Origin: an uncultured Planctomycetota bacterium
Lineage (GTDB): Bacteria; Planctomycetota; Planctomycetia; Isosphaerales; Isosphaeraceae
Length of the DNA stretch: 64,000 nucleotides
Assembly: GCA_963845755.1 (NCBI GenBank)
Contig: CAWJTV010000014.1
Location: forward strand, 1-64,000
Direction: 5' to 3'
Position numbers and translations under genes: made by a program. The first letter of the stretch is position 1; each line of letters opens with the position of its first letter. Positions 1 through 9,982 of the stretch are shown in pieces. Below the pieces are notes generated by a model. The model worked only from the letters and a program-made list of their open reading frames with translations, was not told the DNA's origin and made no database searches.

Positions 1-16
1 GAAAGGAGCGACCGCG

Positions 17-1048
17 GTGATTCTCCTGGCCCAAAGCACGTCGATTTTCGACCCGGCCTCCCCGTCGGCCGAGTCGATCCGCAGCCTGTCCGTCCTGGTC
101 CTGGCCATCACCGGGTTCATTTTCATTGCGGTCGAAGGGATTCTCGTCTATTCCATCGTTCGCTTCCGGCGCCGGGCCGCGGCCGGCACCTCGCTTTCCC
201 CCGAGCGAGCGGGAGAGAGTGGTCGGCGCGAGATCGAGCCGCCCCAGGTCTACGGGAGCAAGCCGATCGAGATCGCCTGGACGGCGGCGCCGGCGCTGGT
301 GGTCTTCGTCCTGGTGCTCGTCTCGGCCCGCACCCTCTGGGAGGTGAACGTCCCGCCGCCGCAGCCTCGCGAGGGGGACAATACGCTCTTCGTCACGGTG
401 GTCGGCTGCCAGTGGTGGTGGGAATACACCTACGACCGTTACAACGGCCGGGAGCTGGGCTTCACGACGGCCAACGAACTGCACATCCCGGCCGGCGAGA
501 AGGGCGTACCCCGGCCTGTCTACCTGACCCTGAAGTCCGCGGACGTGTGCCACAGCTTCTGGGTGCCCCGGTTGGGCGGCAAGACCGACCTGATCCCGGG
601 TCGCACCAATAGCATGTGGTTCCAGACCGACAGGCCCGGCCTGTACCTCGGGCAGTGCGCCGAGTATTGCGGCACCCAGCACGCCAACATGCTCATTCGC
701 GTCGTCGTCGATTCTCCGAGCGACTTCGAGGCCTGGCTGGCCAACGAGCACAAGCCGGCCGTGGAGCAACCCGACGTGCGGGCCGGGCGGTCCGCCTTCC
801 TCGGCCAGTCGTGCGTCAACTGTCATCGGGTGCGCGGCACTCCCGCGCGGGGCAGCTACGCGCCGGACCTGACGCACCTGATGAGCCGCAAGACGTTGGC
901 ATCCGGCATGGTCGAGAACACCCCCGAGAACCTCCGCCGCTGGGTGGCCGACCCGCAGCAAATCAAGCCGGGCTGCCTCATGCCGGCGTTCGGCCTGACG
1001 GACCGTGAGCGCGACGACATCGTCCGCTATTTGTTGACGCTCCGCTGA
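17..1048 (+). CDS. coxB: Cytochrome c oxidase subunit II with fused C-terminal cytochrome c (caa3 type)
   Basis: Two TM helices, QWWWEY, CuA ligands HSFWVP...CAEYCGTQHANM, C-terminal heme c motif CVNCH and distal Met (LMPAF); GGAG upstream of GTG. Confidence 0.95.
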   Translation: MILLAQSTSIFDPASPSAESIRSLSVLVLAITGFIFIAVEGILVYSIVRFRRRAAAGTSLSPERAGESGRREIEPPQVYGSKPIEIAWTAAPALVVFVLVLVSARTLWEVNVPPPQPREGDNTLFVTVVGCQWWWEYTYDRYNGRELGFTTANELHIPAGEKGVPRPVYLTLKSADVCHSFWVPRLGGKTDLIPGRTNSMWFQTDRPGLYLGQCAEYCGTQHANMLIRVVVDSPSDFEAWLANEHKPAVEQPDVRAGRSAFLGQSCVNCHRVRGTPARGSYAPDLTHLMSRKTLASGMVENTPENLRRWVADPQQIKPGCLMPAFGLTDRERDDIVRYLLTLR

Positions 1049-1067
1049 TCGCTTGTGAGGGCTGGAC

Positions 1068-2723
1068 ATGGCCATCGCCGAAGCAACACGAGAGCCGATC
1101 ACCCGACCCGCGGCGCCGCCCTGGACGGCCGTGCTCCACGACTGGGCGACCACGGTCGATCACAAGAAGATCGGCATCCTGTACGTCATCATGGCCGTGG
1201 TCTTCCTGGTGGTCGGCGGCGTCGAGGCCCTGCTCGTTCGCTGGCAGTTGGTGCGGCCGCGCTACGACTTCCTCGGGCCGGACACGTTCAACCAGATGTT
1301 CACGATGCACGGCACGACGATGGTCTTCTTCATGGGCATTCCGATCCTGGTCGGCATGGGCAATTACCTGGTGCCGCTCATGATCGGGGCCCGCGACATG
1401 GCCTTCCCGCGCCTCAACGCGCTGGGCTTCTGGGTGACCCTGCTCGGCGGCCTGCTCGTCTATTTCAGCTTCGCGACGGGAGGCGCCCCGGCCATCGGCT
1501 GGTTCGCCTACGCCCCGCTGACCGAGCGCACCTTCGCCCGCTCCGCCGCCACCGACTTCTGGGCGCTGGGCCTGATCGTCAGCGGCGTGGGCACCCTCGC
1601 CGCCGCCGTCAACTTCATCGCCACCATCCTCACGATGCGCGCCCCCGGGATGGCCCTGTGGAAGGTCCCTTTCTTCGTGTGGACGATGCTCTGGACCTCG
1701 GTGCTCATCGTCTTCGCCATCCCGCCGCTGACGGCCGGACTGGCGATGGTCGTACTCGACCGCCAACTGGGGGCGCACTTCTTCGACGCGCAGAACGGCG
1801 GCTCGGCGCTCCTGTGGCAGCACATCTTCTGGTTCTTCGGGCACCCGGAGGTGTACATCTTGATCCTGCCGGTCTTCGGCATGGTCAGCGAGATCATCCC
1901 GGTCTTCTCCCGCAAGGTGCTGTTCGGCTACGAGTTCATGGCGGCCGCCACCGCGGCCATCGCCTTCATCAGCCTCGGCGTGTGGGCCCATCACATGTTC
2001 ACCGTGGGCATGAGCCGGACCGCGGACCTCTTTTTCATCGTGTCCACTTTCATGATCTCCATCCCGACGGGCATCAAGTTCTTCAACTGGCTGGCCACGA
2101 TGTACGGCGGGCGGATCTCGTTCGCCTCGCCGATGCTTTTCTGCGCCGGCTTCCTGTCGATGTTCCTGATCGGCGGCCTGACGGGCATCATGATGGCGGC
2201 GGCCCCGTTCGACTTCCAGTTGCAAGACACCTACTTCTTGATCGGCCACTTCCATTTCGTCCTGATCGGCGGCACGCTGTTCGGCGTCTTCGCGGGCATC
2301 CACTACTGGTTTCCGAAGATGACCGGCCGGATGCTGTCCGAGCGGCTGGCCCGCTGGCAGTTCTGGCTGCTGTACGTCGGCTTCCTCCTCACGTTCGGCA
2401 CGATGCACATCTCCGGAGTGCTCGGCATGCCGCGGCGGATCTACACCTACGACGCCGACCGAGGGTGGGCGCTGTTGAACCAGGTGACCACGCTCGGGGC
2501 GATCATCCAGGTGCCGAGCTTCGTCCTCTTCGTCTGGAACGTGTTCGCGTCGTTGCGCAACGGCCGGCCGGCGGGCGCCGACCCCTGGGACGCCTGGACG
2601 CTGGAGTGGACCACGCCTTCGCCCCCGCCCTCGTATAACTTTGCCGTCATCCCGACCGTACACAGCCGCCGGCCGTTGTGGGACCTCAAACACCCGGATG
2701 ACCCGGACTGGCAGTACGACTAA
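1068..2723 (+). CDS. coxA: Cytochrome c oxidase subunit I (type A1 heme-copper oxidase)
   Basis: DHKKIGILY, MHGTTM, GHPEVY, WAHHM, HFHFV, GMPRR motifs. Confidence 0.97.
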   Translation: MAIAEATREPITRPAAPPWTAVLHDWATTVDHKKIGILYVIMAVVFLVVGGVEALLVRWQLVRPRYDFLGPDTFNQMFTMHGTTMVFFMGIPILVGMGNYLVPLMIGARDMAFPRLNALGFWVTLLGGLLVYFSFATGGAPAIGWFAYAPLTERTFARSAATDFWALGLIVSGVGTLAAAVNFIATILTMRAPGMALWKVPFFVWTMLWTSVLIVFAIPPLTAGLAMVVLDRQLGAHFFDAQNGGSALLWQHIFWFFGHPEVYILILPVFGMVSEIIPVFSRKVLFGYEFMAAATAAIAFISLGVWAHHMFTVGMSRTADLFFIVSTFMISIPTGIKFFNWLATMYGGRISFASPMLFCAGFLSMFLIGGLTGIMMAAAPFDFQLQDTYFLIGHFHFVLIGGTLFGVFAGIHYWFPKMTGRMLSERLARWQFWLLYVGFLLTFGTMHISGVLGMPRRIYTYDADRGWALLNQVTTLGAIIQVPSFVLFVWNVFASLRNGRPAGADPWDAWTLEWTTPSPPPSYNFAVIPTVHSRRPLWDLKHPDDPDWQYD

Positions 2724-2768
2724 CGTGACGGCCGTTTCCAACTCGTCGCCACAAGGGGGAGCAACGAC

Positions 2769-3404
2769 GTGAGCGTCGCAACAACCACTATGGCCGGCCC
2801 GCCGGCGGGGCAGTCGTTACCTGTCCCGCCCGCGATCCGACCCGAGATTACGCTGAGCCCGGGCCAGTGGGGCATGCTCAGCTTCCTCGTCTCGGAGGTC
2901 GCCCTCTTCGGCACGCTGATCGTCACCTACCTCTTCTACGTGGGCAAGGACGTGGTCGGCCCGACGCCGGCCGAGGCGCTGTCGCTGGGCCTGGTCGTGT
3001 GTACCACGGCGTGCCTTCTCGCCAGCAGCGCCACCGTCCATGTGGCGGAGAGGAGGCTGGAGCGGGGGAACCAGGCGGGATTCCTCCGGTGGTGGCTGGC
3101 GACTCTCGTGCTCGGCGCGGTGTTCCTGGGGGGCACGGCCTTCGAGTGGCACGATCTGATCGACCGCCACCATCTGACCATCAGCCGCAACCTGTTCGGG
3201 ACGACCTACTACACCCTCGTCGGCCTCCACGCGTTGCACGTCACCGCCGGGGTGACCATCATGCTGATCGTGCTCGGCCTGGCCCTGGGCCGCCAGGTGA
3301 CGATCGCCAACCGGGGCGGGGTCGGGCTGGTCTCCTGGTACTGGCACTTCGTGGACGGCGTCTGGGTGGTCGTGTTCGCGGTGGTCTACCTGGTGGGACG
3401 GTGA
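2769..3404 (+). CDS. coxC: Cytochrome c oxidase subunit III
   Basis: SEVALF, GLHALHV, YWHFVD motifs; position after subunit I. Confidence 0.93.
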   Translation: MSVATTTMAGPPAGQSLPVPPAIRPEITLSPGQWGMLSFLVSEVALFGTLIVTYLFYVGKDVVGPTPAEALSLGLVVCTTACLLASSATVHVAERRLERGNQAGFLRWWLATLVLGAVFLGGTAFEWHDLIDRHHLTISRNLFGTTYYTLVGLHALHVTAGVTIMLIVLGLALGRQVTIANRGGVGLVSWYWHFVDGVWVVVFAVVYLVGR

Positions 3405-3440
3405 GCCCGGGGTTTGCAACCCGGGTCTGCGGAGAGACGC

Positions 3441-4760
3441 ATGGCAAGCGACGCGCAAATATGGCCACAACCCGAAGCCCCGGCCGCGCCGGATTCCGTC
3501 GAGATGCCCCGGCCGACGGCCGCGCCCCTGGTGCTGGCCCTCGGCATCACCCTCCTGGCCGCCGGCGTGGCCCTGGGCACGGGCTTTCTCGTCGTCGGCG
3601 CCGTGGTCGTCGTTGCGGGCCTGAGCATCTGGATCGTCCAGTTGCTACCAGGTCGCGGGCATGTCCACGAGTCCCTGGTCGAGACGGCACGCCCCCAGCT
3701 CGTGATGGCCGTACCGGGCGGCGTGGAGCATCTGCGGCCGGGCATGCCCGGTTACCGTCTGCGATTGCCGCAGGACGTTCATCCCGTCTCCGCCGGCCTC
3801 AAGGGCGGCCTGGCCGGCGGCGCGGCCATGCCGGTGCCCGCCCTCCTCTGGGGACTGCTGAGCGGCCACGGCCTCTGGTATCCGGTCAACCTCCTGGCCG
3901 GCATCGTCCTGCCGGGGGTGGGGAGGATGACCGTCCCCGAGTTGGAGCGGTTTAACGCCTCGCTGCTGGTGGTGGCGCTGGTTATTCACGTCGTGATGTC
4001 GGGGGTCGTCGGCCTGATCTTCGGCGTGCTGCTGCCGACTCTGCCGGCCGTCCCCCGGCCGATCGCCTGGGGCGGGCTGCTCATGCCCATCCTGTGGACG
4101 GGGGCGAGCTACGTGGCGATGCAGGTCGTCAACCCGGCGCTGCCGGGGAGGATCAACTGGCCGTGGTTCCTGCTCTCGCAATTCGTCTTCGGCATCACGA
4201 TGCCGGCCGTGGTCCTGGGGGCCAAACGTCTTCCAAGGGGACTCGCCGGAATGGCGGGCGGCCTGGTCGGCGGTGCGGCCATGGCCGTGCCGGCCGTCCT
4301 GTGGGCGGCGGCCAGCGGCCGCGGCTTCTGGTACCCGGTGAACGTGCTGGCGGGGATGCTTCTGCCCGGCCCGGGCAACCTGGACGGGGCGGAGTTGGGG
4401 AGATTCCATCCGGACTGGTTCCTGGCGGCCGGCGTCCTGCACGCCGTCCTGTCCTCCTGCTTCGGGGTCCTGTTCGCCCTGATGACGCCCCGGTTGCCGC
4501 CCATGCCGGGGCCGATTGCCTGGGGCGGCCTGGTCCTGCCTCTGGTATGGACCGGGATCACGTACGGGCTCATGGGGGTCGTCAACCCCGTGCTCCAGGA
4601 CCGGGTCGACTGGGCCTGGTTCATCGTCTCGCAGTTCGTGTTCGGCGTGGCCGCCGCGGTGGTGGTGCTCCGTTCGGAGAAGGTCCCCGTCCGGCCCGCC
4701 GGTCTCGGCCCGGATCGGGTGGCAGACTTCATGGCCGGCGAAGGGGGAGGTCGGTCGTGA
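3441..4760 (+). CDS. Polytopic membrane protein with two internal repeats, probable respiratory accessory subunit
   Basis: Very hydrophobic; two homologous halves (GG.AM.VPA.LW...G.WYPVN.LAG...H...PIAWGGL...W.WF..SQFVFG); ATG after GGAGAG. Confidence 0.75.
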   Translation: MASDAQIWPQPEAPAAPDSVEMPRPTAAPLVLALGITLLAAGVALGTGFLVVGAVVVVAGLSIWIVQLLPGRGHVHESLVETARPQLVMAVPGGVEHLRPGMPGYRLRLPQDVHPVSAGLKGGLAGGAAMPVPALLWGLLSGHGLWYPVNLLAGIVLPGVGRMTVPELERFNASLLVVALVIHVVMSGVVGLIFGVLLPTLPAVPRPIAWGGLLMPILWTGASYVAMQVVNPALPGRINWPWFLLSQFVFGITMPAVVLGAKRLPRGLAGMAGGLVGGAAMAVPAVLWAAASGRGFWYPVNVLAGMLLPGPGNLDGAELGRFHPDWFLAAGVLHAVLSSCFGVLFALMTPRLPPMPGPIAWGGLVLPLVWTGITYGLMGVVNPVLQDRVDWAWFIVSQFVFGVAAAVVVLRSEKVPVRPAGLGPDRVADFMAGEGGGRS

Positions 4761-5504
4761 AGAGACTCCGCGAGGGAAGATGGCACCTGCTGACCCTCCT
4801 GGTCGTCCTGACGGGCGGCTGCGACGTCCCCGGCAAGCCCAGGGAAGCGGACCGCCCTGTGCGGGCGGACCAGGTCAAGGGTTTCGACGCCCTCTACGGT
4901 GACGCGCTGCGCCGGCTGCCACGGGGCCGACGGCAAGCTCGGTCCCGCCCCGTCGCTGAACGACCCCGTCTTTCTCGCCATCGTCCCCGACGCGGAGTTG
5001 CGGCACGTCATCTCCGAGGGGCGGACCGTGAGCGCCGGCCAGAGGAGCCCGATGCCGGCTTTCGCCCATGTCCGGGGTGGCCCGCTGACCGATGCCCAGG
5101 TCCAGGTGCTGGCCGAAGGGATCAAGAAGCGATGGGGACCGGCTGCGTCCGGGGAGGCGCCACCGCCGTACCTCAGCCCGGCCGGCGCCAGGAGCGGGAA
5201 CCTGGACGAGGGGGCCCGCGTGTTCGCCCTCGCGTGCGCCGGCTGCCACGGCGGCCAGGGACAGGGCGGCGAGCACGGCGGGCGGCCGGTCGGCGCCATC
5301 AACGAACCGGCGTTCCTGTCGCTGATCAGCGACAAGGTGCTGCGGCGCACCGCGATCACCGGCCGGCCCGATCTCGGGATGCCGGCTTACGACGGCACGG
5401 CCGGTCGGCCGGCCGATTTCCGCCCGCTGACCTCGGCGCAGATCGACGACCTGGTGGCGCTGCTGGCGTCCTGGAGGCAGGGCGGGCCGGCCGGCGACCA
5501 ATGA
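4757..5504 (+). CDS. Diheme c-type cytochrome, probable lipoprotein (indel near 4899)
   Basis: N-terminus MKRLREGRWHLLTLLVVLTGGC in one frame; two CAGCH motifs, each with a downstream MPA, in the 4899..5504 frame. Confidence 0.85.
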
Positions 5505-5533
5505 CGACTTCGGTCTTACGAGAGGAAGAAACG

Positions 5534-6117
5534 ATGGAACCGGTTTCCAACTCGCCGCCCTCGGGGCCCGCACTCGAACCCCGCTCTGCGGCGGCGCTCG
5601 TTCCTGGGCTGGCTGACTTACGGGCTCGGCGCCGTCGCCGCGGCCGCGGTGGGCCTCCCCTTCATCGGCTACCTTTTCGGGGCCCGCAAGGCCCCGGTCA
5701 CGATGGCTGCCCATGGGGCGTGTCACCGATTTTCCGCAGGGCCAGACGCGCCTGGTGACCTTCGACAACCCTATCAGCCAGCCGTGGGACGGTATGGTGG
5801 CTCATACCGGCGTCTTCGTGCGCTACGAGGGCCGCGACGAGCGGGAGGCCGACGAGACGAAGGCACACACGTTCCTGGTCCTGGCCGTCAACTGCGCCCA
5901 CCTGGGCTGCCCGGTCGAGTGGTTCCCGGAGTCGGGGCTGTTCATGTGCCCCTGTCACGGCGGCGTCTATTACGCCAACGGCGAACGCGCCTCCGGCCCG
6001 CCGCCGCGCGGGCTCTACCGCTGCGTCTACCGGGTGAAGCGAGCTGGCGGGGACCTCCAGCTCGAGGTCCGGGCGCCGCACTATCCGACCCTGCAGGACA
6101 CCCTGGAACAAGGATGA
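5534..6117 (+). CDS. qcrA: Rieske 2Fe-2S subunit of a bc-type complex (indels near 5590 and 5700)
   Basis: CAHLGC and CPCHGG boxes, GPPPRGL; twin-arginine RRSFLGWL readable at about 5592 in an alternative frame. Confidence 0.9.
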
Positions 6118-6167
6118 GGGATGAATCCGTCCAATCCCGATTCATACCTCCGAGGAGGGGACTCCCC

Positions 6168-7649
6168 ATGAAGCGCTGGCTGCTTGCCGTAGGCGACTGG
6201 TTTGATGCTCGTTTGCGTCTGCGTTCCACCCTGCTGCCGATGATGCGGCACCCCATCCCCCGAGAGGTGGCCGGGCCGATGGGCTGGTGGTACGTCTTCG
6301 GCAGCGCGTCGCTCACCCTCCTCCTGGTCCAGATCCTCACCGGGATCGGCCTGGCGCTGGTCTACGTGCCGTCCGCCGACAAGGCGTACGACAGCCTGCT
6401 CTCCCTGAACTATGACGTGACGCTGGGCTGGTTCTTGCGGGCGCTGCACTACTACGCCGGGTCGGGCATGGTCGTGCTGGTGCTGGTGCACGCGACCCAG
6501 GTCTTCCTGCACGGGGCCTACAAGTACCCGCGCGAGCTGACCTGGGTCCTGGGTGTGTTCTTGCTCCTCTGCACCCTGGGCATGTTCTTCAGCGGCCAGG
6601 TCCTCCGCTGGGACCCGGATGCTTACTGGGGCCTGGCGGTCGGGGGGTCGATGGCCGGGCGCGTCCCGGTCATCGGGCCCTGGGTGGTCCGCACGCTCCT
6701 GGGCGGCCCCGTGATCGGCGGCGATTCGCTCAGTCGCTTCTTCGCCCTGCACGTCTTCGCCATCCCGGGGGCCTTGCTGGTCTTCCTGGCGGTCCACCTG
6801 TGGCTCGTGCTCACGCGCGGGGTCAGTGCCCCGCCCGTCCCCGGCGAAGCGGTCGATCCGAAGACCTATGACGAGGCTTATGAGAAACAGCTTGAGAGCG
6901 GCGTCCCATTTCTCGGCGATGCCATGATGAAGGACGTCCTGTTCTCGGCGCTGGCCGTGATCGTGGTGGTGGTGCTGGCGGCCGTCCTCGGGCCGAAGGG
7001 GCCGACCGGGCCGCCCGACCCCACGCTGCCCGGCGCCAATCCCCGGCCCGAGTGGCCGTTCCTGTGGCTGTTCGCCTTGCTGTCGCTCAGCCCCCCCGAA
7101 GCGGAAACCTTCATCATCCTCGTCTTCCCACTGCTCCTCATCGCCGCCCTGTTCCTCGTGCCGTTCGTGAGCAACCGCGGCGAACGCGCCCCCAGCCGCC
7201 GGCCGGTGGCCGTGCTCGGCGTGATCGTGATCTACACGGCCCTCGGCGTGCTCACGTACCAGGGAGCCACCTCGCCCTGGTCGCCGAAAATGACCGCCTG
7301 GAGCGGCGACCCGGTCCCCGAGGGCCTCGTACGGAACAGCACGCCGTTGCGGCTCCAGGGCGCCGCGCTGTTCCAGAGCAAGGACTGCCGCAATTGCCAC
7401 GCCCTGGAAGGCACCGGCGGCCAGCGCGGCCCCGATTTGACGACCGTCGGCACGCGCCTGACGCGCGGCCAGTTGATCGACCAGATCAGCAACGGCACTC
7501 CGGGCGGCGGCAACATGCCGGCGTACGGCAAACAAATCAGCCCCGCCGAGATGACCGCCCTGGTCGAGTTCCTGGCGGACCTGCGGCCGGCGGGGCAGCC
7601 GCGGGCCCGGCTGGCCGCCACGCGGGATGACGAGAAGGAATACCCGTGA
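6168..7649 (+). CDS. qcrB: Cytochrome b of a bc-type complex with fused C-terminal cytochrome c
   Basis: QILTG, RALHYY, LVHATQV, YKYPRELTW, FFALHVF, PEWPFL (PEWY-like); C-terminal CRNCH and NMPAY; GAGGAGG before ATG. Confidence 0.93.
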   Translation: MKRWLLAVGDWFDARLRLRSTLLPMMRHPIPREVAGPMGWWYVFGSASLTLLLVQILTGIGLALVYVPSADKAYDSLLSLNYDVTLGWFLRALHYYAGSGMVVLVLVHATQVFLHGAYKYPRELTWVLGVFLLLCTLGMFFSGQVLRWDPDAYWGLAVGGSMAGRVPVIGPWVVRTLLGGPVIGGDSLSRFFALHVFAIPGALLVFLAVHLWLVLTRGVSAPPVPGEAVDPKTYDEAYEKQLESGVPFLGDAMMKDVLFSALAVIVVVVLAAVLGPKGPTGPPDPTLPGANPRPEWPFLWLFALLSLSPPEAETFIILVFPLLLIAALFLVPFVSNRGERAPSRRPVAVLGVIVIYTALGVLTYQGATSPWSPKMTAWSGDPVPEGLVRNSTPLRLQGAALFQSKDCRNCHALEGTGGQRGPDLTTVGTRLTRGQLIDQISNGTPGGGNMPAYGKQISPAEMTALVEFLADLRPAGQPRARLAATRDDEKEYP

Positions 7650-9979
7650 GCCCCACGCTCGACGCCTGCCTGCGCTCCTGGCCGTTCGACCCCTGGCTCC
7701 TGGCCGCGCTGCTGCTCACGGCCGGCGTCTATCTGCGCGGCTGGCTCGTGCTCCGCCGCCGCGACCCCCGGCGCTGGCACGGCGGCCGCCCCGCCGCGTT
7801 CCTCGGCGGGCTGGCGGCCATCGACCTGGCCCTGGCGTCGCCGGTCGAGCCGTTCGCCGACCTGCTGCTCCAGGTCCACATGGTGCAGCACCTGCTGCTC
7901 ATGATGGCGGCGCCGCCGCTCCTCTGGCTGGGCGCGCCCCTGTTCCCCTTGCTCCGGGGCTTGCCGCGGCCAGTGCGCATCTTCTGGGTAGCCCCATGGC
8001 TGTCTGCGCCGCCGCTGCGCCGGATCTTTGGCCGCTTGACCCACCCGCTGACGGCGCTCGTCCTTTTCGTCGCCGCCACCTGGATCTGGCACGCCCCGCC
8101 CGTTTACGACCTGGCCCTCCGCTCGAACGGTTGGCACTACCTGCAGCACGCGTGTTTCCTGGGCACGGCCCTCGTGTTCTGGTATCCCATCGTCCGGCCT
8201 TACCCTGCCCGGCCGCGCTGGTCGCCCTGGCTGCTGCTCCCGTGCCTGTTCCTGGCCGACCTGTCGAACACCGCTTTGGCGGCCCTGCTGACCTTCTCCG
8301 ACCGCCTGCTGTACCCCTACTACGCGGAGGTGCCGCGCCTGGCGGGACTCTCCCCCCTGGACGACCAGTCGGCCGCGGGCGTTGTCATGTGGGTGCCGGG
8401 CTCCGTGGCGTTCCTCGTGCCGCTGTTCGGCATCGGCGTCCAACTCCTGTCCGGCCGGGGGGCAAGCGTCAGGAGTCAGCGGTCGGAGGTCGGAGGTCAG
8501 AGGTCAGGGGCCGGAGGTCAGGGGACAAGGCCGCTCCCGTGGCAGATCTCATTGCCCGTGGTGAATTCTCCTCTGACCTCCGACCTCCGACCTGCAACCT
8601 CTGGCTTTGACCTGCTGCGCCTCCCGCTGCTGGGCCGCTTCCTGAAATGGCGACACGCCCGGCTCTGCTTGCAGGTCCCCCTGTTGCTGTTGGCCGCGGT
8701 GACGATCTACGACGGCCTGCGTGGCCCCCAGGTGGGCGCCATGAACCTGGCCGGCGTCCTGCCGTGGATTCACTGGCGCGGCCTGCTCGTCCTCGGGCTG
8801 CTGGCGGCCGGCAACGTCTTTTGCATGGGCTGTCCTTTCCTGCTGCCTCGTACCCTCGCCCGCCGCTTCCTGCCGGCCGGCTGGAGCTGGCCGCGGCGCC
8901 TGCGGAGCAAGTGGTTGGCGATCCTCCTGGTCGTCGCCTTCCTGTGGGCTTACGAGGCGCTGGCCCTCTGGGACCGGCCGAGGTGGACGGCATGCCTCGC
9001 CCTGGGTTACTTCGCCGCGGCCTTCGTCATCGACGGCCTGTTCCGCGGCGCCTCCTTCTGCAAGTACCTCTGCCCGATCGGTCAGTTCAATTTCGTGCAA
9101 TCGCTGGCCTCGCCGCTGGAGGTCAAGGCGCGGGACCCGGCCGTTTGTGCGTCGTGCCGGACGAAGGATTGCATCCGCGGCCGCGACGGCATCCCCGGTT
9201 GCGAGCTGAACTTGTTCCTGCCGCGCAAGGCGGGCAACATGGACTGCACCGCCTGCCTCGATTGCGTCCACGCCTGCCCACACGACAACGTCGGGCTGAT
9301 CGCCGGTCTCCCCACGGCGGAGCTGTGGAACGACCGCCAGCGGTCCGGCGTCGGGCGATTCGGCCGCCGCCGCGACATCGCCGCCCTGATCGTCGTGCTG
9401 GTGTTCGGTGCCTTCGCCAACGCGGCGGGCATGGTCGGCCCGGTAGCGGAGGGGCAGGAGCGGCTCGCGTTGCTCGTGGGCGTTCGCTCTCCCTTGCTGG
9501 CGACGACCGCGTTCTACCTGCTCGCCCTGGTTGCACTGCCGCTGCTCGCCGTCGGCGGCGCGGCCGCGCTGAGTCGTCGGTGGGGCCGGCTGGAGGCCGG
9601 CACCCTGGAGGTGGCGACGCGCTACGCCTACGCCCTGATGCCGCTCGGGTTCGGCATGTGGCTGGCGCACTACTGCTTCCATTTCCTGACGAGCTACGAC
9701 ACCGCCGTGCCAGTCGCGCAGCGCTTCGCGGCGGACCTCGGGCTGACGTGGCTGGGCATGCCGGCATGGGGCTGTGCGTGTTGTCGCCCCGGAACGGGGT
9801 GGCTGCTCCGCCTGGAGCTCCTATTCCTGGACGTCGGGCTGCTCCTGTCCCTCTATGCCGCCTACCGCCGGGAGCCCTCGCTGAAGGCCCTGGTGCCCTG
9901 GGCACTGCTCCTGGTGTTGTTGTTCGCGGCGGGGGTATGGATTCTCTTCCAGCCGATGCAGATGCGCGGCACTTTTTGA
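7646..9979 (+). CDS. CtaG-like caa3 assembly factor fused to a membrane 4Fe-4S polyferredoxin (NapH/FixG-like) domain
   Basis: HMVQHLLLM, WHAP, LQH and DQ..AG..MWVPG in the N-half; FCMGCP, FCKYLCP, CASC, CTACLDCVHACP in the C-half. Confidence 0.85.
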   Translation: MSPTLDACLRSWPFDPWLLAALLLTAGVYLRGWLVLRRRDPRRWHGGRPAAFLGGLAAIDLALASPVEPFADLLLQVHMVQHLLLMMAAPPLLWLGAPLFPLLRGLPRPVRIFWVAPWLSAPPLRRIFGRLTHPLTALVLFVAATWIWHAPPVYDLALRSNGWHYLQHACFLGTALVFWYPIVRPYPARPRWSPWLLLPCLFLADLSNTALAALLTFSDRLLYPYYAEVPRLAGLSPLDDQSAAGVVMWVPGSVAFLVPLFGIGVQLLSGRGASVRSQRSEVGGQRSGAGGQGTRPLPWQISLPVVNSPLTSDLRPATSGFDLLRLPLLGRFLKWRHARLCLQVPLLLLAAVTIYDGLRGPQVGAMNLAGVLPWIHWRGLLVLGLLAAGNVFCMGCPFLLPRTLARRFLPAGWSWPRRLRSKWLAILLVVAFLWAYEALALWDRPRWTACLALGYFAAAFVIDGLFRGASFCKYLCPIGQFNFVQSLASPLEVKARDPAVCASCRTKDCIRGRDGIPGCELNLFLPRKAGNMDCTACLDCVHACPHDNVGLIAGLPTAELWNDRQRSGVGRFGRRRDIAALIVVLVFGAFANAAGMVGPVAEGQERLALLVGVRSPLLATTAFYLLALVALPLLAVGGAAALSRRWGRLEAGTLEVATRYAYALMPLGFGMWLAHYCFHFLTSYDTAVPVAQRFAADLGLTWLGMPAWGCACCRPGTGWLLRLELLFLDVGLLLSLYAAYRREPSLKALVPWALLLVLLFAAGVWILFQPMQMRGTF
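8468..8605. repeat. Inverted heptamer tandem repeats (GTCRGAG-like / CTCYGAC-like) inside a CDS
   Basis: Nine degenerate heptamers at 8468-8530 and five reverse-complement units at 8571-8605. Confidence 0.85.
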
Positions 9980-9982
9980 GGG

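Noticed and set aside
5649..6167. N-terminal extension of cytochrome b in the 666-aa ORF
   Set aside because: It overlaps the frameshifted Rieske gene; the likely start is ATG 6168 after a strong RBS
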